Source: Octopus vulgaris
Lineage: Eukaryota
DNA: 64,000 bases
Direction: 5' to 3'
NCBI GenBank assembly: GCA_951406725.2
Contig: OX597827.1
Location: forward strand, 69,068,001 to 69,132,000
Position 1 is the first letter of the stretch. Each line of letters begins with the position of its first letter. Shown here one piece after another: positions 14,550 through 25,305 of this stretch. Position numbers and translations under genes: made by a program. The notes beneath the pieces are model-generated. The model searched no databases, was not told the DNA's origin, and worked only from the letters and a program-made list of their open reading frames with translations.

Positions 14550-14675
14550 GGCACTACTTAAATATAGAGGTCCCGATGCATCAACGTAACGATATGTTTT
14601 TACAGTGCACACTTGCTAGTGGGGGTTAGGGTTAGTTTTAGGGTTGGTTAGGGACCTCTGTATTTCAGTAGTACC
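14550..14675. mobile_element. 126-bp MITE with 25-bp TIRs and 8-bp TSD, internal TTAGGG-like repeats
   Basis: TIRs ggcactacttaaatatagaggtccc / gggacctctgtatttcagtagtacc (3 mismatches). TSD AAGATTTC at 14542-14549 and 14676-14683. Confidence 0.85.
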
Positions 14676-15194
14676 AAGATTTCATTATTTAAAGCAAAAA
14701 AAAAAGGCATGAAACAAATACACACGTATATATTGTTGACATAAGGCTTTTTGGAAGTTTCAAGGGATGAAATAATTCTTCTTTGGAACGTTGCATCTCG
14801 AAGCAGAAAGAGCAAAAGACAATAGTATGTAAATATTAGGTTAAAAACAACCCCTTTGGATCGAAAAAGGTCGAAGGCAATCCGTGAGACACGAACCCAC
14901 TTCTGTAAACATGACAGAGATTTTTTTTTTTAACCCAATATTTACACTTCATCATGTATGATTTTATTTGCTTCGAGATCCACTCTTCCGAAAAAGAATT
15001 ACATATATATATCAGAAGGACATTCACATAAGAAAAAAAAATAGAAACCTTTCGGTATCGGTAGACGACGTAATTCACTTACGCAACGTTCCCTCAAGGA
15101 ATTTGGGCAGAAAAAGAAATATGAATGATGTCGTCTACCAATACCGAGATATTACCGAACAAAGTATTCCCCTTAAAGAATTTAGATGGATTAC

Positions 15195-15350
15195 CTTGTC
15201 ACCATTCGTAATATCTCCCAGCTGAATTCGGGGACGTTTCTTCACGCGATTTAAGACAGCTTCGGATAACTGAGGTGCTTTAAACGTGCTTTCGGCGTTT
15301 ATTTTACCCTTAGACAACCTAGTGCTGTATTTTCTTTTTAGTGAAGTCAT
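15195..15350 (-). CDS. Unidentified minus-strand gene, first clear coding exon (MTSLKRKYSTRLSKGKINAESTFKAPQLSEAVLNRVKKRPRIQLGDITNGDK)
   Basis: ATG at 15350, non-repetitive sequence, donor AAG|GTAATC at 15194 (phase 0). Contains RxxLGDITN (D-box-like) and KRK/KKRPR basic clusters. Confidence 0.75.
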
Positions 15351-15961
15351 CTTTCTCTTTTAGAAATCAATATTAAAAAATAACAATTAGATAAAGATTA
15401 AAAATCCTTCTGTTCTGTCTAATTATTTCACAAGGTGGTTGGTTGATTTTTGCTTTTGTTTGTTAAATTTCTTAACGATAGCCGGCGTATTTTTAAGAAT
15501 ATAAAAATTTACGTATTTTTTAAAAAATATTCTAAGTCACAGGTTGTCAAAGAAGTTCGATTTGAAGTCGTCGAGAGAGAGAGAGGATGGAGTCAGTCAA
15601 GTGGGTAAATTCAAATTCGTTCAGGTGATCTATATATAACAGCGGAAATAGATTAACGTCAATTTCTGCTTTCGAACCGTTTAAATTTACGCGCCGTTAC
15701 AAGGGACACAACTCTCTCCTCCACCATCACCATCACCACCACCTCATTATACATTTTCTCTCTCTCTCTCTTTCTCTCACTCAGTATTTCTTATAATTTA
15801 TCTTTCCAAGCACTTGGCTCCGCGTTCAGTCCCACTGCGTGGCACTTGGACAAGTGTTGGTTAATGTTTACATCTTGACTCGGAAATGAAAATAAAAAAA
15901 ATAAAAAATACTGGAATGGATGTACAAATATTGTGTAGGAAAAAAATGCGCACAAAGCAAC

Positions 15962-16560
15962 GGGAAGGTGGGGAGAGGACTTCGGAAAATTCACAAAATC
16001 CGAGTTTTTCTCTCATAACTTTTAGGAAAATGGGGGTTTTTTTCAATAAAATTTTATAGAAATACCTTTCAAACGGCATACATTACGATTATAAAGAAAT
16101 TTGTGGGGAAAATCTTTTGCAAGGGGATGGGGAAAGGACTTCGGAAAATTTACAAAATCAGAGTTTTTCCCTTATAACTTTTAGGAAAATGGGGGGGGGG
16201 GTTCAAGGAAATTTTATAGAAATACCTTTCAAACGGCATACATTATGATTATAAAGAAATTTGTGGGGAAAATCTTTTGCAAGGGGGTAGGGAGAGGACT
16301 TCGGAAAATTCACAAGACCGAGCTTTTCCGTCATAACTTTTAGGAAAATGGGTTTTTTTCCAATGAAATTTTATAGAAATACCTTTCAAACGGCATACAT
16401 TACGAGTATAAAATAATTTGTGGGGGAAATCTTTTGCAAGGGGATGGGGAAAGGACTTCGGAAAATTCACAAAATCCGAGTTTTTCCCTCATAACTTTTG
16501 GGAAAATAGGGGGGTTTTTTTTCAATGAAATTTTATAGAAATACCTTTCAAACGGCATAC
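15962..16560 (+). repeat. Tandem array, ~159-bp unit x ~4
   Basis: ggacttcggaaaatt recurs at about 15977, 16136, 16296 and 16453. Confidence 0.92.
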
Positions 16561-17714
16561 TGGAGTGTACTGGCAGAAACATTAGCATGCCGGGCAAAAT
16601 CGTCCGTCTTTACGTTCTGAGTTCAAATTCCGCCGGGGACGATAAATTAAGTACCAGTGAAGCCCATCGTATTGTATGTGTATTTATATTTAATAAAAGA
16701 GTTACCGGTAGATTCTTTTGTATTAAAAAATTCTGATAAAATACTCTTTTCTACTCTAGGCACAGGGCCCGAAATTTTGGGGGAGAAGGCCAGTCGATTA
16801 GATTGATCCCCAGTACACAACTGGTACTTAATTTATCGACCCCGAAAGGATGAAAGGCAAAGTCGACCTCGGCGGAATTTGAACTCAGAACGTAACGGCA
16901 GACGAAATACGGCTACGCATTTCGTTCGCCCGGCGTGCTAACGATTCTGCCAGCCCCGCCGCCTTAACTGTGATAAAATATTAAAAATAAAGTTGGGGTT
17001 TTTTTCCCACCATCGATGGGACATACATTTTTCTGGAAAGTTATAGTGGGGCCTGGGAGAAAATAGATTGGGAAACACTGGTTTAGTTAAACAAATCAAC
17101 AATGGTTAAAGGGTCTAGTGTAGTGGTCTTCAACCTTTTCAATATCCAGGCTAGACCCTGGATTTTTTTAGGGAGCTTCAGTAAGATAAGTAAAACAAAT
17201 CAAAGTATAAAATTTATTATATTTTTAGAGAAGATTGTCGGGACCCACCGGAGGGCTGCTTGAGGGCCGTGTGTGGCCCTGACAGCCGCTGGTCTAATGC
17301 CTCAGCAACTCACAAAACTGAGTGGATTTCAAGAGGACAAATTAAATTCACTTCCATACGATGCTAGAACCTTTACTTCGTGAAACAAAATGCCGCCAAC
17401 GAAGAAGCCTCTACGCCAATCATGAGCAAACTGCGGCCCGCAGGACTTCTTGAATTACCATGAATAATTTTTTTTATATATAATGAGCCATGGCTCATGC
17501 AGCAGCTCAGTTCTCAAATAAGTTTACCCGTACCTGTTCCAAAACTCACTCGATTTACTAGAAATAGCAGTTAATTCTTCATGAAATCACCATTACTACT
17601 ACCCAACACTTTACTGTAATATCATTGCGGGTTACTTTTTTACCGTAGTATGTTTAATAAAAAAAATGTATATATATATATATATATATATAGCCATACA
17701 GATGTGTCGCCGAA

Positions 17715-18213
17715 TTTGTTTCCTCATAACTTTCTGAAGAATGGCTATTTTTTAATGAAATTTTCTACATATACCATTCAGATGATGTAAATTATGATTA
17801 TATCAGAATTTAATATGCAAAAAAAAAAAAAAAATGGTGGACACACACACACACACACACAAACACACATAGACACACACACACATACAAACACACATAG
17901 ACACATATACACACACACATACACACAAACACAAACATACACACACATCAAAGTAGACTTACACACACGCACGCACACACACGCACACACACACACACAC
18001 ACAAACATGCAATCACATATACACACACATCAAAGTAGACTTACACACACACACACACACATCAAATTTTCAGGATATATGAGTGTGTGCCCATGCCCAC
18101 CATTTTTTCTACATTAAATTCTAATATAATCGTAATCTACATCGTCTGAAAGGTATTTGTGAAAATTTCATTAAAAAAAATAGCCATTTTTCTGAAAGTT
18201 ATGAGGAAACAAA
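17715..18213. mobile_element. Foldback/MITE-like element: ~125-bp inverted arms around a CA microsatellite
   Basis: 17715-17840 is the reverse complement of 18085-18213. The same motif occurs alone at 19845-19960 and as the unit of the 15960-16560 array. Confidence 0.75.
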
Positions 18214-18437
18214 AGTCGGGCGGTGGGGGTACACTTGTATAGGTGCTCACACACACATTTATATACACATATGCATATACATCTATATATAGGTATGTGT
18301 GTATAAATATAAACGTGTATGTGTGTGTGCGTGTCATTGTTCAGTTTTATTTCAAGATTTCTTGCCAATAGAGAAAGAACCGGTTTCTAACCTAGATCCA
18401 AGGCTCCTTCGAATTTCAACATCAGCAACAGGGTATT

Positions 18438-18985
18438 TTGTATGTATGTATGTATGTATGTAATGTATGTATGTATGTAATGTATGTATGTATATGTATG
18501 TATGCATGCATGTATGTATGTATGTGTGTATGTGTGCAGATTTGTAATGTATGCATGTGTCTATGTATGTATATACGCATTGTTATAATGTTTCAATCAC
18601 TCCAATATCTACATTTTTCTTATATACAACGTGTATAAAGATAAAAACCTACATCAGTTATATGTATATATAAGTAAGGGCGAAATATCACGTTTTTAGC
18701 GCGTGCACACACACACACAGGCACACACACATATATATATATAAATATATATACACATACATACATGCACACATACATACATACATACATACATACATAC
18801 ATACATACATACATGCACACATAATACATACATCCATCCATACATACATACATACACAATACATACATACATATATACATACATACATACATACATACAT
18901 ACATACATACATTCATACATACATACATACATACATACATACATACATACTACATACGTATACATACATACACACACACATACAT

Positions 18986-19018
<33 letters not shown>

Positions 19019-19189
19019 TACATACATACATACATACATACATAAATACATACATACATATATACATACATACACACACACATACATACATACATACATA
19101 CATATATACACACATACATACATATATACACATACACATACATACATACATACATACATACATACATACATACATACATTCATATATAC

Positions 19190-19222
<33 letters not shown>

Positions 19223-19453
19223 CACACATACATACATACATTCATATATACACATACATACATACATACATACATACATACACATACACACACACACATA
19301 CATACATACATACATACATACATACATACATACATACATACATACATACATACATACATACATACATACATACATACATACAAACACACACACATACTCA
19401 TATCCGCGCGCTCCGGCGCATACGGACATATAGACATATACACATACATACAC
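18438..19453. repeat. (TACA)n / (TATG)n microsatellite field
   Basis: Direct reading. Confidence 0.95.
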
Positions 19454-19516
19454 ATTAATCGAACTTTTTCTTATTCTTTTACTTTTTTCTTACAATAAAC
19501 CATTTCCAATACTTAC

Positions 19517-19800
19517 ATTTCGCTTCAACATCCACAATTCTCCCTCAATCCTTCCACAGTCTCTGGACTGCAGCCATTAATGGCTCATCCGAGAATCCGT
19601 CTGAAACGGGGGACGTCGTCGTCGTCGCCGAAATGTGACGGTTTTATTCGATCGACTTTTTTTTTATAAACATTCAAAGTATCGACTATGTTTTTAATTT
19701 TCTTTATTATTTCTCTTACAGAAATTAAATAAAACGAACTAATGAAGGAATCTCTACGCGGTCCGTCCGACAACCCCGGCTGCATCATATTTGCATAAAC
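19517..19800 (-). promoter_or_regulatory. Putative promoter / 5' exon of the minus-strand gene
   Basis: CpG-rich unique sequence, perfect GTAAGT donor (19516-19511), octamer ATTTGCAT at 19789-19796. Ends in ATG TTG AAG CGA AAT (MLKRN, phase 0), which could splice in frame upstream of ATG 15350. Confidence 0.45.
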
Positions 19801-20004
19801 CCTCCCAGCATAGCATACCTACACAAACGTACCCCAGCAACCGACTTTGTTTCCTCATAACTTTCGGGAAAATAGATATGTTTTGAAATAAAATTTTCTA
19901 TGAATAGCTTTCAGATTGTGTAAATTACGATTATATTGAGATTTTTTAACACGAAGAGAAAAAAATTGTCAGTGCACACATATTACATAATTTCAAGATC
20001 CATT

Positions 20005-20014
20005 TGTATGTATA

Positions 20015-20050
<36 letters not shown>

Positions 20051-20076
20051 TGTATGTATATATGTATGTATGTATG

Positions 20077-20168
<92 letters not shown>

Positions 20169-20189
20169 GTGTGTGTGTGTGTGTGTGTG

Positions 20190-20266
<77 letters not shown>

Positions 20267-20268
20267 TA
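20005..20268. repeat. (TATG)n-(TA)n-(TG)n-(TA)n compound microsatellite
   Basis: Direct reading. Confidence 0.95.
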
Positions 20269-20350
20269 AACACTTGCAGCGTGGAAGGTGTTTATAAGCC
20301 ATTTAAGAAACACACAAAACCGTTAGATTCACTTCAACATTTAAATTTAA

Positions 20351-20401
20351 TTTGTCAAAATATTTTCGTCGCTTTGAAACCGCGACTTGTTCACTGACAA
20401 A
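20351..20401 (-). ncRNA. Minimal type I hammerhead ribozyme motif (G3-C8 variant) in a Penelope-like remnant
   Basis: Minus strand: TTTGTCA GTGAACA A GTCGC ggtttcaaa GCGAC GAAA ATATTT TGACAAA = stem I (7 bp), core, stem II (5 bp), GAAA, palindromic short stem III, stem I'. Confidence 0.7.
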
Positions 20402-21044
20402 ACTCCGTGCTGCTCCGAGGGAGGATTTGTCCAGATCCCCAAAATTAATTGTGACTTTTTCTTTCTTGTGACTTTATTACCGACCACCATAAATTAGTTA
20501 TGACTTTTTTCCTAGCAAAAATTGTCACTTTTTTTCCCTGTAACTTTATTACCGGTCACCGACGAGTATATATATAATAATAATAATAAAATTTACCACA
20601 ACTGGTTTCAATAGTTTTAATAGAAAAATTTTGGGAGAATTAGAAAACAGTTCTCCGGTAATTTTCTTTCATATATATATATATGTTTATTTTAATTTAA
20701 GAATTTGCCAGCAAAATCTTATAAAATGACAATGTTAATGCACATGCTAATATGTTGTGTATGAAAATAAAGATTGGTGACATTTTAATCATTTACAAAC
20801 AGACGAATATTCCAGCCAACGCCAAGAAGAAATTCTGCCACGGTCTTGTGGTTCTCCCGTCGAGTAACACAAATTATATTCTTGTAACTGCACATAGCAC
20901 TTTTTTCCCTATGACTTTTTTCCTGGTTTCCATTCGAAACCCTTAGGCAAGGGTTTTCTACTATAGCATCTGGCCGACCAAAGACTTGTGAGTAGATTTG
21001 GTAGACGGAAACTGAAAGAAGCCCGTCATATATATGTGTGTGTG

Positions 21045-21255
21045 TGTAAATGTAATATGTGACAGTTATTCGGTAGCCATGATAAAACTCCGAGTTTCGG
21101 ATGCCGCCATGAAGAGATGGCGGCGTGGATTTCTACCTCTGAGTTTTATCATGGCTACCGAATAATTGTCACATATTACATTTACAGATAAATTCCTCTA
21201 TTTACATAATATTGAGGTCTCTCTCATTCTTTTGTTGTCTTACCATCTTTATCAA
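21045..21255. mobile_element. Palindromic microsatellite-targeted (Penelope-like) insert inside a SINE
   Basis: 46-bp inverted repeat with 1 mismatch (21045-21090 / 21141-21186). A related copy lies at 10451-10610, also in (TA)n. Confidence 0.65.
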
Positions 21256-22379
21256 TATATGTGTGTGTGTGTGTCCCCCAACATCACTTGACATCCATGC
21301 TGGTGTGTTTACGCCCCCGCAACTTAGCGGTTCGGCAAAAAAGAGACCGATAGAATAAGTACTAGGCTTACAAAGAATAAGTCCTGGAGGTCGATTTGCT
21401 CGACTAAAGGTGGTACTCCAGCATGGCCGTAGTCAAAATGACCGAAACCAATAAAAGAATAGACAAAATGCCACGAAGCATTTGGTCCGGGTTCGATGCG
21501 CTAACGATTCTGCCAGCTCACCACCTTGGCAAAAGGCCGGCAAATTTGAAGACAGGAAGACTATTACATCGACATGATATTTATTACTCAACTGATATTT
21601 ATTTCACTCATTCAATCGATCCTCGAAAGTATTAAAAACGTAGTCGACCTCGGCGGAATTCGAACTCACAAAGCAATTTAACCAACGCGCTAACGATTCT
21701 GCCTACTCGCCACTTTTCTTGCAATATACTTTACTATATATGTTTCTTTATTGCCCACAAGGGGCTAAACATAGAGGGGACAAACAAGGACAGACAAACG
21801 GATTAAGTCGATTTTGACATCGACCCCAGTGCGTAACTGGTAACTGGTACTTAATTTATCGACCCCGAAAGGATGAAAGGCAAAGTCGACCTCGGCGGAA
21901 TTTGAACTCAGAACGTAACGGCAGACGAAATGCAGCTACGCATTTCGCCCGGCGTGCTAACGATTCTGCCAACTCGCCACTTCTCTTGCATTAAACTTTT
22001 ACTATATAAAGTCAAGAAGTTCGGAAAAAACGCCTAAGAGTTATCTCCCTTCTATTTCCGTTTCACCAACTTTATTTCAATCATGACGCTCGGTCTGACC
22101 GAACCATTTCCTCCATATGATTTAACGTAAGCCTTACTTATTTATTTTCTCTCTCTCTCTCTCTCTTTATACATATATTTATAAACATACCCTTTGTTTA
22201 TTTACCAAATAATTCTTGCTGATTTACTCTGTAAGCTCGGACTTTCGTGTTTTTTCTTTGGTATTCTTTACACACAAGATGCGACTTCTAAGCTGTTTAT
22301 GCTTCATGCAAGATCCTACGTTCGTTTTCGTTTTGGTTCTTTTACCTCGTGTCTCTGTTGACTCAACACTTTCAGAATC

Positions 22380-22660
22380 AGAGAAAGAATCTTACTTGAA
22401 AGGTCAACAATAACACCGGGAAATATAGAAATTTGCTCTCCTCGGAAATAAAATAAAGCAAAATAATTATAGTAGTACATCGTCACGGAAATATTTCTAA
22501 ACTCCAGCCGGACAAGACAATTCCGTCAGATGCATTCCAAACGTAGCCACTCGGTTGGGATACATTATCCAGTTGGTTTTTTTCTTGCTTAAAACGGTAA
22601 AAAGTTATATGAAGGAATATTTGATAGATATTTATAGGAGTTTTGCCGACCAAGTAAATG
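22380..22660 (+). promoter_or_regulatory. Probable SMG8 promoter / non-coding first exon region
   Basis: CpG-retaining unique sequence 600-800 bp upstream of the ATG, with candidate donors near 22597 and 22653. The TSS cannot be determined from sequence. Confidence 0.4.
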
Positions 22661-23228
22661 CTTGCTTGTTTAATGCATTTTAAATATGGTAGGGATGACT
22701 ATCGTTTTTAAATTAAACAGTTTTATGAATAAATAAATAAATAAATGACTGGGTATTATGTTTAATGATATTCGGAGAAATAACAAAATATTATTAGTGT
22801 TGAGATACTATTTAATTGGACTTTAGTCAAATAGGTTCTGTTAGTAATTAACAGCCTGTGTCAGAGTATGGAATAAGTTCAGTTGTCCTGTAATTCAATC
22901 ATTTAGAATTAATTGACCAAAGCATATTCAACTCTCCTTCCATACTCTCTCAGAAATGACCAACTGTATGAATTTGTATATATATTACAGGTGTAACACC
23001 GAACCGCTTATAATCCTCTCTAATCTGCTAGCAGGAACTTCAAATTCCTGCAGTTGCCAGTCTAGTTTAATGGTAACTTGCTCAATACAGTATTTATAAA
23101 ATTGTATCATTTATACTCATGTACGAGTAACCGTACTACATTTAATTGTTTTAAGTAAATCTGATATTTAATTTATAGTGTTGACCAAAGTGACCACCTC
23201 TGATTGGAAAAAAAATCAGTAATTGGTA

Positions 23229-23260
23229 ATGACTTTAGAACCAAAAATCGATATACCTGG
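23229..23260 (+). CDS. SMG8: SMG8 coding exon 1 (MTLEPKIDIP-G, phase-2 end)
   Basis: ATG at 23229 and donor GTATGT at 23261. Phase 2 joins exon 2 in frame (GG|T AAC). No homology support for this short N-terminus. Confidence 0.7.
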
Positions 23261-23689
23261 GTATGTGTGGACATGCATGGATACTATCATTTCATGTGGA
23301 GAAGTTTCTATATGATGTGCCTGAAATAGCATCTAAATTTCCCTCAAATCACATCCTACCATTGTAAATAAGAAAACAAACCTAGTACAGTATAATTTCT
23401 AATGTATGAAAGACGGCTGGAATACCTTTAGTTATAGTTTTGTTCAACCAGGGTTGACCTGGTGCTAAACCAACAAACTATAACAGCTGACTATGAGATT
23501 GAAGACAGTATAGGCACAGGAGTGGATGTGTGGTAAGTAGCTTGCTTACCAACCACTTGGTTCTGGGTTCAGCCCCTCTGGGTGACGCCTTGGGCAAGTG
23601 TCTTCTACTATAGCCTCAGGCCGACCAAAGCCTCATGAGTGGATTTGGTAGATGGAAACTGAAAGAAGCATGTCGTATATATGTTTATG

Positions 23690-23722
<33 letters not shown>

Positions 23723-25184
23723 TTGTCCCCCTAACATTGCTTGACAACCAATGCTGGTATCTTTACGTCCCCGTAACATAGTAGTTTAGCAAAAGAGACT
23801 GATAGAATAAGTACTAGGCTTACAAAGAATAAGTCCTGGGGTCGATTTGCTCGATTAAAGGCGATGCTCCAGCATGGCCACAGTCAAATGACTGAAACAA
23901 GTAAAAGAGTATATTTTTAGGTGTATTTTAAAACTGATGTCTGACATTGATATTTTATTAAGTTTGACTTTAATTGTATGTCTAAATACAGTAATTTGTA
24001 ACATTTTAAACTTCTTGTTTTAAATATAGTATTGTTTGTTCTTTTGTATTATGGGCTTCAGTTATTTCACTGCAGCAATGCTGGAGCGCCACCTGCAAGA
24101 GTTTCAGTTAATTACATTGGCCACTGATATATAGGGATGGCTGTGTAGTTAAGAAATTTGCTTCCCAACCATGTGGTTTTGGGTTTAGTCCCACTGCACG
24201 ACACCGGGGGTAGATGTCTTCTTTACACCTGAGCCAACCAAAGCTTTGCGAGTAGATTTGATAGATGGAAACTGAAAGAAACCTGCTGTGTGTGTTTGTG
24301 CATTAGTGTCTCCTTGTGTTGACATCATGCAATAGTCATAAATGAGTGTCACTGTTGTACATGCGGTGTCGTTCATTCCCAGTTTCCCATGAAAACATGT
24401 CTGGCCATGGAGAAATATTACTTTGCTTAGAAACAGATGCAGGTTAGCAACAAAGACGAAAGCCTACCTCAATGAATTCCATCCGCCCCATCCTAGAACG
24501 GAAAAGTGGGTGTTAAAATAAACAATGAATCTAGTAAAATAACTTTTAGGAAGGGCATCCAGCTGTAGAAACTTTGCCAGATCAGATTGGAGCCTGGTGC
24601 AGCCTATCTGTTTCCCCTGCCCCACCCCATCTTCTAACCTCCTTCATTGCTATAAATCTTCACCAGGCCTGGTCGGTGTTTGTGAGAGATGCAGCATTGA
24701 GGATGAATGAAACTAGCTCAACCCACCCCGGGTGAATGCTGTCAAGTTAGTCAGTCAGTCTATAAATCTTCGTTACCCCCCTGCTCGTGCATGACATCGC
24801 ATTATTTTCTCCTATAAGACTACCAAACTGAAATAGCCATATAACTCATGTCACAACAGACAGTTGGTGTATAGACAGCTCCCTGCTAGCCAGCTCCATG
24901 TAAAACTGTCCAACCCATGCCAGCATGGAAAGCAGACATTAAATGCTGATGATGATGATGATGATGATAAAACTGAGGTTTGGATCTTAACATGAAATTT
25001 TGATGGAAGATTTGGTTTTAATCACTTCTCTTGAAGTTTGTATCAAAGAATTTCTGGCAGTTTCACATGGGCTGGTATCAAAACAATCAATTTATTTCCT
25101 GAAACCAGGTTCTCTGGTGAATAAGAAGAGTCAGTCTTGGAGATCCTCAATGCTATAATTCTGTATTTCTTTGTTATTTTGCAG

Positions 25185-25305
25185 TAACTTGGCACAAAAG
25201 AATTCTAAAGTATGTGTTGTGTCCATTATTGGGAAAAGCAGATACAGTGCTTTCTCTTCAAAAGCCAGTTTACTGAATCCTTCCATTGGCAAAGATGTTT
25301 TTAAG
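25185..25305 (+). CDS. SMG8: SMG8 coding exon 2 (NLAQKNSKVCVVSIIGKSRYSAFSSKASLLNPSIGKDVFK)
   Basis: Acceptor ttttgcag, donor GTAAGC. Aligns to human ICVVGIFGKT..KFSLVNTVCDRQVF. Confidence 0.93.

Noticed and set aside
15962-16560. Regularly spaced repeats resembling a CRISPR array (also 27232-27460 and 59130-59462)
   Set aside because: Whole units repeat with no unique spacers, there are no cas genes, and the context is eukaryotic.
18340-18437. GAAACCGGTT palindrome in a microsatellite-embedded insert as another hammerhead
   Set aside because: Probably a Penelope-like remnant, but no recognisable CUGAnGA-type core remains.
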